Below are positions 28,053 to 43,034 of a DNA stretch of 64,000 nt, one piece after another. Numbering within the stretch: the first letter of the stretch is position 1; each line of letters starts with the position of its first letter. The notes under the pieces were generated by a model. The model made no database searches, had not been told where the DNA came from, and saw nothing but the letters and a program-made list of their open reading frames with translations. The position numbers were made by a program, and so were the translations under genes. This DNA is from the human T2T-CHM13v2.0 reference genome, Homo sapiens: assembly GCF_009914755.1 (NCBI RefSeq), contig NC_060932.1; one strand, given 5' to 3'.

Positions 28053-30285
28053 CAATACCTATTTCAGGTTTTCTTGTTTTGACCTTTTTGCGTTATTTCT
28101 GTCCCAGCATCCCATCTAGGATACCGTATTACATTAGTTGACATAGCCCCTCATGACAGTGACAATTTCTCAGACTTAGCTTGTTTTTGATGAGCTTAGC
28201 AACTTCGAGGAATGCTGGTCAGGTATTTTGTAGAATGTCCTGCTGTTGAGATTTTTCACATGTTTTTCTCATGGTTAGACTGGTGTTGTGGGTTTTCTGC
28301 ACAGAGATAAACTGCCATTTCCATCATGTCATATCAAGGTTACATACTATGAACACGACTCATCACTGCTGATGTGAACCTTGGTCACCTGGCTGCAGTG
28401 GTGGTGCTCAGGTATCTCCTCTGTGAAGCCACCCCCTCCCATCCTGCGCTCCTTGGAAGGAGGTGACTGCACAGCCCACACTTAAGGAGTGGGGAGTTAG
28501 GCTTACCCCCTTCAGGGTGAAATGTCTACATAAATTATTTGGAATTCTTCTGCATAGGAGATGTGTCTCTTCTTCCCAAGTATTTATTTGTTTATTCAGG
28601 CATTTATTTAGTTATATGAGTATGGACTAATGGACATTTATTTTATACTTTGAGTTATGGTCCAACACGACTTAATTTTGTGGCCTGAATTGTTCCAGCT
28701 TTGTCCAATGGGAGCTATTTCAGTTGGCTCCTGTGTCTCTTCCACATCAATTAAAAATTTTTTTTTAGCACTTTCTTACTTTCTGGCACTACAAGATGCT
28801 CCTGACTCATATTACATATTTTCTGTCCCAGGCCTAGACTCAGCCATTTCTCCAGTGTGCCCTGGTTCTTCTCACTGGAGAACGGTATTTAAAACCATGC
28901 TGGTGCTCCTGGAGTGTTTTTGTTTCTGGGTCCTCTTAGCCTACATAGTGTGGAGGTATGTGTGTGTATAGTAACTCTGGTATATACACTTATCTATAAA
29001 TAATTATATATAAAACTAGCTGTGTCTATTTTAAGCAAAACAGAAATTCATACTGATGTCTCTCATCCATTACCCCATGAGTAATTCTAGCTTTTTTCTT
29101 TTGCTTATCTCTAACCTCCCGCTTCAACAGTAAGAAGCAGGAAGCAGGCTCCTACCATCTGCCATCCATTAGTTATTCATTTCCAGTGTTCATCTATAGC
29201 AGTATCAGAATTGTTAACCAGTACCCCCATGGGAAACAGCTTTATCAACTAAAGTAGAGTGCTTACGGACAGTTTCTTTTGTCTGTAGTCCTATAGACCC
29301 TGCTCATTCCTAGAGTTGCTTAAGTCAACACTTTTCCACCCTAACCCCTTTGGGGAGATTGTTTGTTAATACAGCTAGATTCTTTTGTCACATATTGCAT
29401 TCCATCCTGGGGTACCTCGACCTCCTGAACAATTTTAGTTTTAAATTAGCATCCATTAAGATTCATTCTATGTGCCATAAAGTTCTATGTGTTTTGACAA
29501 ATAGCACTCTGTATCCACAATTATAGGATCATACGGATTAGTTTAAACTCTTTAAAAAAACCCTATGCTCCACCTATTAAACTCTCCCCGCTTCCCCAAA
29601 ATTTCTGGCACCCTTTGATCCTTTTAATGTCTCTGTAGTTTTGCCATTTTCAGAAAGTCCTATAATTGCAATTATTGGTATGGGGCCTTTTCTGACTGGC
29701 CTCTGTTACTTAGCAGTATGCATTTACATTTTCTCTATGTCTTTTTGTCGCTTTATTTCTTTGTATTGCTGAATAATATTCCAATATATGAAAGTAGCAA
29801 GGCTGTTTATCCAATATTGGTTGCTTCTACCCTTGGCAGTTATGAAGAATGTTTCTATAAACATTTGTGTACAGGGTTTCTTGTGAACATGCCTCTTTAA
29901 TATGCTTGGGTAGACACTTACGAGTGGATTGCTGGGTTTTATGGTATGTCTGTTTAACTTTGTAAGAAACTGCCAAACTATCTTCCAGATTGGAAGACAT
30001 TTTCCTTTCCCACCAGCAGTGAATAGGAATTATTTTTGTCTTGCCTTCTAGATAACATTTACTATTATCTGGTTTTAGGATCGTCACCTTTCAATAGGTA
30101 TGTAGTAGTAACTCATTAAAATGTTAATTTGCATTTTTATAATGATAATTGGGGTCTACATGCTATTTACCATCTATACATCATTGTTGAAATTTGCCCT
30201 TCTTTTTAGTGTTATTTTTTATTGTTGAGTTTTAAGAGTTCTTTATAAACTCTGGATATGTTTCTTATCAGATATATGATTTGTG

Positions 30286-30571
30286 GGCCAGGTGAGGTGG
30301 CTTGCGCCTGTAATCCCAGCATTTTGGGTGGCTGAGGTGGGCAGATTGCTTGAGGTAAGGAGTTCAAGACCAGCCTGGCCAACATGGTGAAATGCCGTTT
30401 TTACTAAAAGTACAAAAATTATCCAGGCATGGTGGCACACACCTGTAATCCCAGCTACTCAGGAGGCTGAGCCAGGAGAATTGCTTGAACCTGAGAGGTG
30501 GAGGTTGCAGTGAGCTGAGATCCAGTCTGGATGACAGAGCAAGACTCCATATCAAAAAAAAAAAAAAAAAA
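30286..30571 (+). mobile_element. AluS with a short right-arm deletion
   Basis: Alu lacking 'cgccactgcact'. TSD ata(t/c)atgat(t/c)tgt. Confidence 0.95.
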
Positions 30572-31079
30572 TACATGATCTGTAAACATTTTCTTTCAAT
30601 CTATGATTTGTCCTTTCATCCTATATTAGTGTCTTTCATAGGTGGAAAGTTTTTAATTTTAAATTTTTTCTTTCATTAACAGTGCTTTTGGTATAGTTCT
30701 TATCTTGATCCCATTCTTTTAACATTTGTGGATTGGATGTGTGAAGTTTCTTAGATTTAAAAGTTGCCTTGTCAGTTTTAAAAATATTCTTTTGGAATTT
30801 CAAATAACCCAAGAAGAGTCATTCTAATTACATAGCAAAATTGAACCTGGTTAATAATTATAGAAAACACCACGAAACTTCCACAGTCTTTTAAAAATGA
30901 CCATATGTATTGTTTCTTGCAAAAGTTTTGAAAACTAAGCTAACAGGTTTGTGCATTGTAAAAATTTTTTTGAATTATTATGATACTATATTTATATTAA
31001 ATTTCTTTATGGATTGCACTAGTTTAGGTGCTCTTTAAACAGGCCACTTATATAGAGTCTGCCCTTTAATACCTGCATT

Positions 31080-31275
31080 AATAACAGTAGCACCTATTTA
31101 TTAACTCCCTCTGTGTGGAAGATATGCAAAGCACTTCACATGAATTCTTCTATTCACTCATCATTATTGTAAGCAGTCAGCATTACTGCTCCTGTCTTAT
31201 AGTGGGGGACACAGTGCAGAGAGGCTGGATGCCTTGAACTTGCAATTCACAAATGGAGAGCCAGGGAACTGGATA
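31080..31275 (-). mobile_element. MIR fragment
   Basis: 'aataacagtagcacctatttatt...aagcacttcacatg...ggagagccaggg'. Confidence 0.6.
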
Positions 31276-31410
31276 AAGTCCATTGCCTCTATAAGATGCC
31301 CCTGAGAAAGCAGGAGTACCAATGAATGGCTCCATGGAATAGCTGCTGGGAATCCAGATACAGAATTATAGAAGTACAGAGCTGAGAGGGACCTTGGACT
31401 TCTTGTAGTC

Positions 31411-31647
31411 CAGCGTTGGGACATTTGGCTGCACGTCGGAATCCCGTGGAAAGATGGGATAAAATACGAACACTGCCCAACCCCAGCTGTGACCTCATAC
31501 CTTTAACCATTTCATGCCACGTGGTTCCAAGATTTCACTTTGCCGCTGGGAGACTCTGATTTGATTAGACAGAGGTCTGGCCTGAGTAGAGAAAAATGTT
31601 AAAGCAGCCAGATGACTCTAAAGCGCAGCCAAGGTTATGAACCACTG
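31411..31647. mobile_element. MER5-type hAT-Charlie DNA transposon, inserted in an L3/CR1-like relic
   Basis: Ends cagcg.../...gaaccactg. 8-bp TSD ttgtagtc (31403-31410) and ttatagtc (31648-31655). Confidence 0.8.
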
Positions 31648-31848
31648 TTATAGTCCAAACTCCTGCTGAATGTTGGCATTCTTCTTCAGCATTATCAGGC
31701 AGCCTCTGACTTGAAGATTTCTAGCAATGGGACACTAAGATGTGTTGACAAAAGGAGCGTATTTCATGTCAGGCAGCACTTTCTGTGCCTCGTCGCATTT
31801 AATTATCTTCAAACAATCATGATGTACTGTTAGTCATACCTGTAGTAG

Positions 31849-32173
<325 letters not shown>

Positions 32174-32763
32174 TGCATCCGCATTTTTCACAGGCTCAGT
32201 GCCCGAATGAGCTGCAGTGTAGTCTGGCTGGCTCCCCAACCTGTCGCACAGGCCTTGCTCACCACTCCTGACTTTTCAAGGCAGTTGATTTCACTGTTGA
32301 ATACTTCCCTATTCAAATAAAGCTCTTTACTCCAATGTTATTCGTTGCTCCGGGTTCCGTTTGTAAAGAGCAAGGCTGCACAGACCTGTCTGCTCCGTTG
32401 AGACAGTGAAGGCCGTCTCACAACCGCACCTTGGGACTCGCTTCCACATAACACCTCTTCTGTTCCTCTCACGGTTCCTCACAGCGCCAGGGCCAAGATT
32501 CTCTCGGGGCTGGTTCCCTGCCTCGCAGTCCTGCCTGACATCTTGGGGCTTTCGAAATGGGCAAGTCCTACGGCTGAGTTTTGATCCTCCCGGAGTTCAG
32601 TGGGTCTCACCCCATCCCCCATTTTCTGTTGTTTCTGCAAAAGGTTTCATTAGCTCTGCAGACAGCTGCATCACAAGTGGCTCATATTGACGGATTTTTG
32701 CTCATGAACTTCTGGCAAACAACCTGGTTTCCCAAACTTGCATTTAAATTGTTGGTGTTTTTA

Positions 32764-33162
<399 letters not shown>

Positions 33163-33507
33163 CTATTCAGATCGTTTCATAAGATTGCCAAATATACTAC
33201 CATCACCAATTATTCAGTTTTCTCACAGGGTTGTTTTTTAAATATTTGTTATACGCTTCAATGAAATCCTGATATATATTTTGTAGATACTAATTTGCTT
33301 TGAGTTATGCAAGCTACCATTTTTCCTTCCAAATTTTCAGGCATTGTACCTGACCAATTCTGCTTCACTTACTCTGCTGTCCCAATTATCTTTAGTCAGA
33401 ATGGGGATTACTTCAGGCTTTCTACACAGGTGGGAGAAAAAAGCCAGACTCAGGCAATCTCTGATCCATCCCCTTCTAAGTTCACATGTTCCATCCATGT
33501 AGCTTCA

Positions 33508-34015
33508 TGTATTAGTCATCCATTGCTGCCTAACAAATTGCCCCGAAATGTGCTGGCTTAAAACAAGAAAAATGGATGATCTCACAGTGTCTAAGGGTAA
33601 GGAATTCACGAGTGTCTTGGGTAGGAGGCTCTCGCTCAGGACCCCCCTCATGAGACTGCAGGCAAGGTGTCAGCAGGGCCTGTACCTTCTGAAGGCTTCC
33701 CTGAGGCTGGGGGCTGCTTCCCAGAAGGCTCACTTATGCGGCTGACAGCTGGAGGTCTCAGTTCCTTTCCACAGGCTTCACAGTGACCTCTAGACAGGGA
33801 GATTAACTTCCCCCAGAATGAGTGACCCAGAAGAGAGAGACCACCATACCTTTTATGACCCAGTCTGTGATGTCAGTCACCATCACATCTGCTTTATTCA
33901 AGTCATTCAAAGTGAGCCACTAAGCCTAGCCCACCCTCAAAAAGAGCAGAATTAGATTCCACCTCCTGTAGGATGGAGTGTCAAAGCATTGTGGACATAT
34001 TTTTAAATTAGTACA
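33508..34015 (-). mobile_element. MLT1G/H-type MaLR solo LTR
   Basis: TG...CA termini: 'tgtattagtcatccattgctgcctaacaaatt' ... 'ggagtgtcaaagcattgtggacatatttttaaattagtaca'. Confidence 0.85.
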
Positions 34016-34318
34016 AAACAGATATCAGAATTTTTCTCCCTAGTGCAAATAAATATTTATAGCTTTGTATGCATATTTTTGAAACCAAAAGCTAGCCCTG
34101 GGTTTGTGATAAGGAAGGCATGTGCAAAAATACAGCTGGAATGTTTATTGCTACACAACTAGCATAGAACACTCTCCTTTGCTCTCAGAGTACAGGACTC
34201 TGCACCCTCTGATCACTGCTCTTGTCTCCCATAGCAGTCACGGTCCTGCCACTTTTTGGAGAATTCTAAGTAGAGATGGGCATCTTCTTTCCTAGCATGT
34301 GATCATGTGTTTGTGTAC

Positions 34319-34672
34319 TGCTATGGCTTAAATATGGTCTGTCCCCACCAAAACTCATGTTGAGGTTTGGTCCTCAACGCAGTGAAGTGGAGAGGTGGGG
34401 CCCAGTGGAGGAGTTTGGTTTCTGGGGCTAGATCCCTTATGAATTGATTGATGCTGGCAGGAGTGGATTTGTTCCTGAGAGAGTGAGTTATAAGGCAAGG
34501 CTGCCTCTCCTGTTTAGTCTTTTTCACAAACACCTTTTTTCTTCTGCCTTCCACCATGAGTTGAAGTAGCACGGGGCCCTCACCAGATTGGCTGCCTAAT
34601 CTTGGACTTCCCAGCCTGCAGAACCATGAGCTAAATAAACCTCTTTGCTTTATGATTTATCCAGTTGCATGT
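34319..34672 (+). mobile_element. MSTC-like MaLR solo LTR
   Basis: 'tgctatggcttaaatatggtctgtccccaccaaaactcatgttg' ... 'cttggacttcccagcctgcagaaccatgagctaaataaacctc'. Confidence 0.88.
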
Positions 34673-34774
34673 TGGTATAAGTTCCATAAGAGCAGATGAA
34701 GGCTTTACCCAAAATGTGAACCATGCCTAGAAAGTTCATTTAAAATCACCCTTTTTCTTGTTTCATTTCTTATT

Positions 34775-36190
34775 TTTAAAAGTAAACTTTCAACTTTAGA
34801 ATAGTTTTACATGTATAGAAAGTTGCAAATATAGTACAGAGAAATCCAATATACTCCATACCCAATTTCCCCTATTATTAACATCTTACATTTGTGTGGT
34901 ACATTTAGTATAATTAAAGAACCAATATTGACACATTCCTATTAACAAGTCTATATAGATTTCCTTGTTTTTGCCTTATGGGCTCTTTCTGTCCCGGTAC
35001 CTATGTTACATTTAGTCATTTTGTCTCCCTAGGCTCCCATTTGCCATGACAATTCCTCAGACTTTGCTTGTTTTTGATGAGCTTAGCAACTTTGAAGAAA
35101 GCTGGTCAGGTATTTTGTAGAATGTCCTGCTATTGGGATTTGTCAAATGTTTTTCTCATGATTCGATCGGTGTTGTGGGTTTTCTGCACAGAGATAAACT
35201 GCCACTTCCATCACATCATGCAAAGGTTACATACCATGAACATGATTCATCACTGCTGATGTGGACCTTGGTCACCTGGCTGTGGTAGTGCTGGTCAGGT
35301 GTTTCCTCTGTGAAGCTACCCACTCCCCTCCCATGCTCTTTGGAATGAGGTGACTGTGTACAGCCCACATTTAAGGAGTGGGGAGTTAGGCTCACCTCCT
35401 TCAGGGTGAAATGACTGCATAAATTATTTAGAATTATTTTGCACATATTTGTCTCTTCTCTCTCATGATCCAGTATTATTTTATTTTGTTGCTCGACTTT
35501 ATTCCAACTTTGTCTAGTGGATACATCTGGCAGCACCTTTCACATTCCCTGTTCCAGTCTTTGAATTAGTTTCTCCAGCGAGTTCTGATTCCTTTCCTTG
35601 GGCAATAGTGCTAAAAACCAAGATCTGGGTGCTGGGTGTGCTTATTGCTATTGTGGTGCCTTTGCTTCTGGGTCTTCTCAGCCTACAGAGCAAGAAGATA
35701 CGTGTGTGTACTGTAACCACTGTATATACACTTATCTATACATAATTGTATGTCTGTTATCTATCTATCTATCTAATAAATATGTATTTAATGAAACAGG
35801 AGTTTCTTCATCCAGATGTCTCCACTTTCATCCATTACCCCGTGGACATTTCTAGCCTTGTCCCTTTGCTTACTTGTAACCTCTCCCCTCCAACAGTGAA
35901 AAACAGGTTCCCACCATCTGACATGCATTTGTTTCATTGTTCAGTTCCTGTGTACCTCTATACAGTATCAGAATTGTTAGCACACGCCCCCATGGGAACA
36001 ATGTTATTAATCAAAGTAAAGTGCTTATGGACAATTTATTTTGCCTTTACACTTACAAACTTCATTTATTATTATTTTTTCATTGGTCTCTGCAAACCTA
36101 CTTTTCTTTTTTCATAAACTTCATTTGTTTTAAAAGTTACTTAGGTCAGCACCTTTATTCCTCCAACCCCTTCACTGAAGTATTAGAATT
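34775..36190 (-). mobile_element. Third L1MC/L1MD-type 3'UTR fragment
   Basis: Colinear with the 27558-29350 copy, with the same motifs. Confidence 0.85.
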
Positions 36191-36614
36191 TCTGGTGGAT
36201 AATCTTATTTTATGTGAGTTTCAGCTCAAAATATTTGGATAAAGATGAATAAGTGTCTGAATCCTAGGATATAATTTGGGATTTGTTCATTGCCACTTAA
36301 AATAACCCTGATATGTTTCAGAGTCTGAAACGTTGACATGAACTCCTCATGGATTTCATCAAACCACGTTTGAGGGGAGAAGCTACATGACTATTTTTAG
36401 CATTTATGAGGTCAGCAATAGGTAAGTCTGTCTTGGATGAAAAAGAAAGAAAGGGGGAAAGCTAGGCTTGGTGGATTCCTTGTATTCTGTGGTTTATGTC
36501 CACACAGGCAGAGAGGCACATGGAGTTCCAGTATCCTTTGTAACACTGGGGATTTGTGTAAAGGAGCAAATGACAAGGGTTCTTGATTCAGAAGAGAATA
36601 AATACATTGTATTT

Positions 36615-36690
36615 CTCTGGAGCCCTGAATGATGATGAGATTCTTCCTGTGCTCTGGAGCCCTGAATGATGAAGAGAGTATTCCTGTGCT
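36615..36690. repeat. 37-bp tandem duplication
   Basis: ctctggagccctgaatgatga(t/a)gaga(tt/gt)(c/a)ttcctgtg x2. Confidence 0.92.
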
Positions 36691-37989
36691 AGACCATTAT
36701 TTATGTTTCTTCCGTTGAAAGTTTTGCTCTAGGAAATTCCTTCAATATTCCCCCTTTTCTTATTTTAATGAATGAAGTCTTCTCAAAATAAAATCTGGGG
36801 GAGTGAGTTATTTAAAACCCTCACAGAGGAGCCAAGGCTCTACTATTCCTTGATGCACAAATATGTGTGCCATGTTGGAAAGCTGACCTGCAATGCTTCT
36901 ATCCTTGTGAGGTGGTGGATTTCCCCAGATTGAACACAAGCCATATTCCATTCTTCTGGTCTCCTACTTCACTTTCTAATGTGCTTTTTGAGTGAGCACC
37001 TAAGGATAGGGCAAGGAACTCACCCTTCGCTTTGCCCATTGCTGCTCATCCTGAGCCTGAGCCCAGCAAGTGCACATCACTTGACCCTTGCAGCTGAGCA
37101 ACTTATCGGTCTAGCAGCATTCACTTCAAGCCCACATTGACATTCACTGAGTTCCCAATGCCAAGTATTTACTGTTCCCCTAAGATTTGAGCTATCAGTC
37201 AAAAGAATAATGAAGAATGCCTTCCAATCTCTACTTTAGAATTTTCTAAGTTCCTATCTATCTAAAACATCGGTTTCCCATGTAACCTGTCAGTCCGTGC
37301 CATGCTCTTCAATGCTGCTTCAAATCCTATGTGACCAGTTGCTTCTATAGCTCGGGAATTCTCCCTTTAATGTTGCAATAGCCCTGTCTGGGGATAGCTG
37401 GATAGAGCTCCCCTTGGGCATTGCTGTGACCTGGGGGTGCCTGGGTGTAATTGACCCTGCAGCTTTTTGCTTATTCCATGAAACGTACCTTGTGGTGATG
37501 TTGAAAAGTCCCAGAGCTGCAGGTTTTCAGAGGATGACTGTTTTTAACACTGCTGCATATGTAGGTGCTCTCTTTCATCGCAGACCAGGAGCTGGATTGC
37601 TAATACTGACACTGTGACCACCTGGCGAGCTAGAAGCTTCTGGATGTCATGGTTATGCCACCCTTTTGATAGGGGCATCAATACCTCCCAACCAAGCTTA
37701 ACATCTTATTCTACACTTTTTTCTCAAATGTGAATACCATATTTGGGAAGAGTCCTTGTCTACTAGAGGTCTTGGCTGCATTGAGAACCTCCAAAGCTCT
37801 GGCAGTACCCATGGAAATAACCTTGGGTGTTCATTCATGCCAGGCCTTCCTCTCTTGGTCAAGACCCACACCAGAGCCAACCTACATGCACCGGGGGCTG
37901 CATGTGATGTAAGGGAGAATGATGTGAGTGTGCCAATCAGTTGTTTTCCTGTAGCCCCCATCTTTTGGCTCTTAACCAGGAAGACATCT

Positions 37990-39030
37990 TCAACTCATGC
38001 CTCACACCTTCTTTCTCACATTGAATTCACCAAAATCCTGCAGACATTTTGTCCCCAATGTTTGTGTCTTCCCAGTTCTACTACCATTGGCCCTAATTTC
38101 ACCCTTTTTCAAATCTAGCAGGACCCTGTAGCCATCCACCCCCCCGTTTTGTTCTCTTGCAATCCATCCTTCACTCAGTTCTCAAAGTGATGCAGCCCTC
38201 ATTGCTTCCCATGACCTCCACAATGAGGTACTTGAAGGATTTTGTTTGACTGCCTGCTTACCTCCCGAGCTGTGTTTAGACACTCCCCACCTCATACTTG
38301 TTGCTCTAGAACGGTGCTGTCCAATACAGGAGCCATCAGCCACAGTGGCTGCTGAGCACTGGAATGGGGGCCAGTCCAAACTGAGATGTGCCACGAGTCT
38401 AAAACACATAGTGGGTTTTGAAGACTTGCTATTTGAAAAAAAGACTGTCAAATGCCTCCTTAGTAATTTTTATATTGGTATCATGATGAAATGGCAACAT
38501 TTTGAATCTATGTGGTTAAATAAGATATACTTTAAAGTTGATTTCAGCTGTTTTTCAATTTTAGTACAGCTACTAGAAATTTTTAATTTTAGTGTGGCTA
38601 TTAGAAATGTTTTAAGTTATACTAGCAGCTTCTATTTGTGGCTCACATTAGATTTCTGTCAGACAGTGTGCTGTCTAGGATCAAACTGCTGTTGTTTCCC
38701 TGAACACATTGTGCCACCTCATGCTTCCTTACTTTTGCTCTTGGTATTTCCCTTGCTTGAAACCACTCCCCACCCTTTCTAGCTAAATTCCTTATTGGTT
38801 AAAATTGAGTCAAGTAACCCCTATGTGAGCTTCCAGAGTGCACTTGCTTACCTTTATCATGGCACTTACAACAGGAGATACGTTAACATATTTGTCTTCC
38901 CTGCCAACAGGAACAGGGATGGTGTTTATTTGTTTTTGTTTTTGTTTTGTTATGTTTTGTTTTGTTTTGTCACAAACACCTGTCACATGCACCTAATAGG
39001 CCTGCATTAAATGTTGCAGAACTGAATTAT
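37990..39030 (+). mobile_element. Degenerate L2 fragment split by MER33
   Basis: 'tgtttccctgaacac...cctcatgcttcct', 'cacatgcacctaataggcctgcattaaatgttgcagaactgaat'. Confidence 0.55.
38311..38673. mobile_element. MER33 hAT-Charlie DNA transposon
   Basis: 'gctgtccaatac...gtggctgctgagcactggaat...aactgagatgtgc' ... 'gtggctcacatta...gacagtgtgctg', flanked by tctag. Confidence 0.85.
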
Positions 39031-39559
39031 GGAACAGAGTTCCGAGTCTTATATGAGAATGGGACAGCATGCTATCGTTTTGAAGTCCATAAAATGTAAA
39101 TGTTGATGTAATGGAGCTTTACAATCATATTATGTCTTACTTGTAAATATACACTCGCTGGCTCATGAAAAATTAGTAAGAATTTATGATACAGTGAATG
39201 GACTAAGATGTAAATCTTGTTTATTCAATATATAAATCAGACACTAGCATTTATTGAGACTCCCCCTTGTATATACAGCACTCACTGGTGTGTTTCACTG
39301 ATTCTACAGTTCTTCCACTTAGGGCAGAAATCATTTGTGTGGGCTGATGATTCTTTAAGATAATCTCAATTTCATTATTATGTAAAGTTTGGTTGCCCTT
39401 ATTTACAAATTATGTAAGATACTCTGGAATTTTCTACACGATAAAGGCCCAAAACTATGAAAAGTATTTAAAAATAGAAAGCACTTTTTTTTGTTAAAAG
39501 CCCCAGATTCCCAGGCATTCTTAGGCGTCTCCTATAAGGTTGACCTCCCTGTTACTGAG

Positions 39560-39980
39560 TCCACTGTAATAAACATCTCTTTTCCTGTGAACATTCTGCC
39601 TGCTCCACCGTGGGGTGAAAGCCTTCCCAGTTTCCTATGGAGAGCCAACCTTTTCCCACCTCATTTTCTTTGGGGACACTTCACTTTGGGGAGATCACAA
39701 CCTCAGACCTCCCCCATCACCACAGTTCATCTACCTTGTCACAATATTTAGTTTGGGGATGCACATAAAATCTGCTTGTGGCCAATACATGCTAGGAATC
39801 TTCTCAAGTTGCTGGTGGTGGGGGGTCCTCTCTTCTCGTTGGCATTACTAAGTATAAGGGCTGTGGTGTCTAGGAACCGACTTTGACCCCACGGTGGGAG
39901 CTGATTAGCCTCCCCTCTTGTGGGTACTAGTTTGAGTTGGGTTATGTCACCTGCATGCAGAGACTCTTGGAATATCATCA
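39560..39980 (+). mobile_element. Very degenerate MLT1 (J/K-type) LTR remnant
   Basis: MLT1 terminal motif 'ctagtttgagttgggttatgtcacctgca'. 5' boundary uncertain. Confidence 0.45.
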
Positions 39981-40094
39981 GGTGAACCTGAAGCCATGTG
40001 TCCTTAAGCCTTTATGTCCCCTGAGTCCCTGGGCCCTGTGTTTCCTGGAATTGACACCACACTGCAGGCACAGACAGGGTAGCACACAGAGACA

Positions 40095-40294
40095 GAACAG
40101 TATAGTTCTCAGGCTCTGAAACCTGTCTGTGTGGGTCCAACCTGACTCCACCCATTCCTACCTGAGTGAACTTTGGTGTTTTCTCCACAGTAAGACTCAG
40201 TTTCCTCATCTTTTAACAGGGAGTAACCAGAGAACCTGCCCAACAGGATTTTTAAATAAAGATTAAATGAGTGTATATATGTATACATATATAT

Positions 40295-40340
<46 letters not shown>

Positions 40341-40390
40341 CACTTAGTATTGGATTTGGCTTATAAGTGTTCCATAAATGTCAGCTGCCA
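40095..40390 (+). mobile_element. MIR containing a (CA)n microsatellite
   Basis: 'ctcagtttcctcatcttttaacagggagtaac...attaaatgag'. Confidence 0.75.
40297..40339. repeat. Pure (AC)~21 microsatellite
   Basis: Uninterrupted dinucleotide run. Confidence 0.98.
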
Positions 40391-42105
40391 TGAAGCTAGT
40401 GGTGATGAGGATGACATTCTGATACTTCTTCCTGGCAGTTTCTAGGGTCTCTGAAGACACATGAATGTGTAAGATGATTGTGTAACATGGAATGTGTAAG
40501 TTGGTTGGAGATGGAGTCTTCCAGAATCAGGCACTTTTGTTGTTGTTTTGGCTCAAACCTCCTACGTGGGCCCTGTCTCACTAGCGGATTGACCATGAGT
40601 ACAGAGATCTGAAAGTTCATGGGTATTTAAGTTCATGAGTAATTAATGCAATTTAAAAACTTCCTGCAATGTTTCTTTCTGCAAAATTCAAGCCCAGAGA
40701 AATGTTTTTGTCAATGAACCACCTTCTTAAGACGTTGCGTTAATATCTTAACAAGTGACAAAGGTTTCAGCCTTTATGATGAAACGTGTGTGTGTATATG
40801 TGTGTGTGTGTATATATATATATATAGTTTCCATATCTGTATCTGTGTCACAGTAATCTGCATACCATGATACAGATTATAGGGACGTGAAACCCAGGCT
40901 GTCTTTTTGACAGCATGCTACTCTAAGGAAAGCCAGTTCTTCCCTGCCTACAGATACTTGACAAATGATTAACATCCCTCTGGTTGTAAGTAATAGAGGG
41001 AGTTGGGGGAATTACAGAGAAATGAAGAACAGTTTTCATTTTAAAACATCAATAATTAGATACCTGTTGCCTTAAGAGAGTGTTTTTCATTCTAATGGAA
41101 GTCCAGAAACTGTGGCCTAGGGGCTGTTTAATTATGGGCTAATTGGTAGCAAAAGTACTTTTTGAAAAGAGAATTGTTACATCTTTCCTGCAGATAGTAA
41201 CCTAAGAAAAAAACCCTGGAAACCGCTGGGGCTTAAGAAAGAGCAAAATCCTCTCTAAAGTTGCTAAATTACCCCTTTGTATTTAAGTGATTCATCTTGA
41301 TAACGTTAAGTAGGAATTCAGACTCTTCAAGATTTTCATGTTTTTTATCTTTTGAGTGATTGGGAACATTCTAGAGTGTTGTGAAAATGTGTCTGCATGT
41401 CCTGCACTTGGAAGGCTCCCGGCCCCCGCCCTCTGGCTTATCTCCCTGGGAAATGTCAGCTGGATTTCTTGTGGCTCTGGGATCCTTCACTGTCCAGCTG
41501 GACACTGGTGGAATGTCCAGCTCTGCAGCCCCAAGCGGCTCTGTTCTTAATCCGACAAGGCAGAAGTGCCAGGAGACAAGAGGCGCAAGCTCTGAGGAGC
41601 TGGGATGGCATTTCTGTGGCTCTGGGAAGTCACTGATATTCAGAACTGGGGTAAAGCTTAAAGAATCTCCTCCTGCTCCTCATTTGGAGATAAGAAAGTG
41701 AGGCCTGAAAACACTCCCTTGTGCTGAGGTCATGCAGTGGGTGGATGGCAGAGTGAGGCTGGATCCCAGGTCCCCCGACTGTAGGACCAGTGTGCTTGCC
41801 TCGGAAAGGTTTTTGTAGGAGCATTTCCTGTTGGGCAGAGAAACAGAGAAATAGAGGAAATACACACGAGGGAGCTAAGATTTTGACAAAGAATAAAATG
41901 CATTTTTCAGAGTAACCATAAGTGAAAGGCCATTATTTCCTCTTGACAGTAGTGAGGCAAACTTTGGTGCATCTTCTCATGCTGGAACTGGGAAATGCAT
42001 CATTTCATTGGGAATGGTGTGCAGACGTGCACTGACTGCAGGTTGCACAGCTGGACTTGCCAGATGTGGAGTTATGTGGATTTTTGTATGCAAGACATGA
42101 CTGGG

Positions 42106-42532
<427 letters not shown>

Positions 42533-43034
42533 ATTCTTTTTTTAGACTATTCATCGTGCTTGTTGAATAGACTTATTGGGAGAGAAATTAAATGTGCTCA
42601 GGCTCTAAGTTCATTTGAACTACATGATGAAAGTCTAGAGCTCAAGTGAGAATAAAATTATAGGATTTTAAAATTCCTAAGACAGAGCAGTGGAGCAAAT
42701 GGGAACCCTCCTGGAAGCTGCGCTCCTGGAAGACAGAAACCAACTTTGGTAAGAATGAAAATCAACAGCCCTACCTGATGTCCACGAACAATGGACTTTA
42801 GAGTTAAGATGAGCAACTTTAGCATCAGACATTTGATGAACAAACCTTGATTTTGGTGAGGCCCATTTGATGAAGTCCCAGAGAGAGGAGGTTTCAGGTG
42901 TGGGGTGAAGGATGGTTGCTGTTTTAAACTCTATTCTTTCTGGTTTTCCTTCTTTTCAAATAAGAATATTTTTGCATCCTTCCTTGATTTCTAGTTATAA
43001 TAACAATGTTTGCAAAGAGAAAATTTTTATTTTA

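Larger units (their letters stand above)
27558..30700 (-). mobile_element. Second L1MC/L1MD-type 3' fragment, interrupted by MLT1A and Alu
   Basis: The same 3'UTR motifs restart at ~27560. Antisense ORF2 C-terminal region ('gtaagaaactgccaaact', 'cccaccagcagtgaat'). Confidence 0.85.

Noticed and set aside
38246-38782. 178-aa ORF
   Set aside because: Runs through MER33 and L2 relics; a chance open frame.
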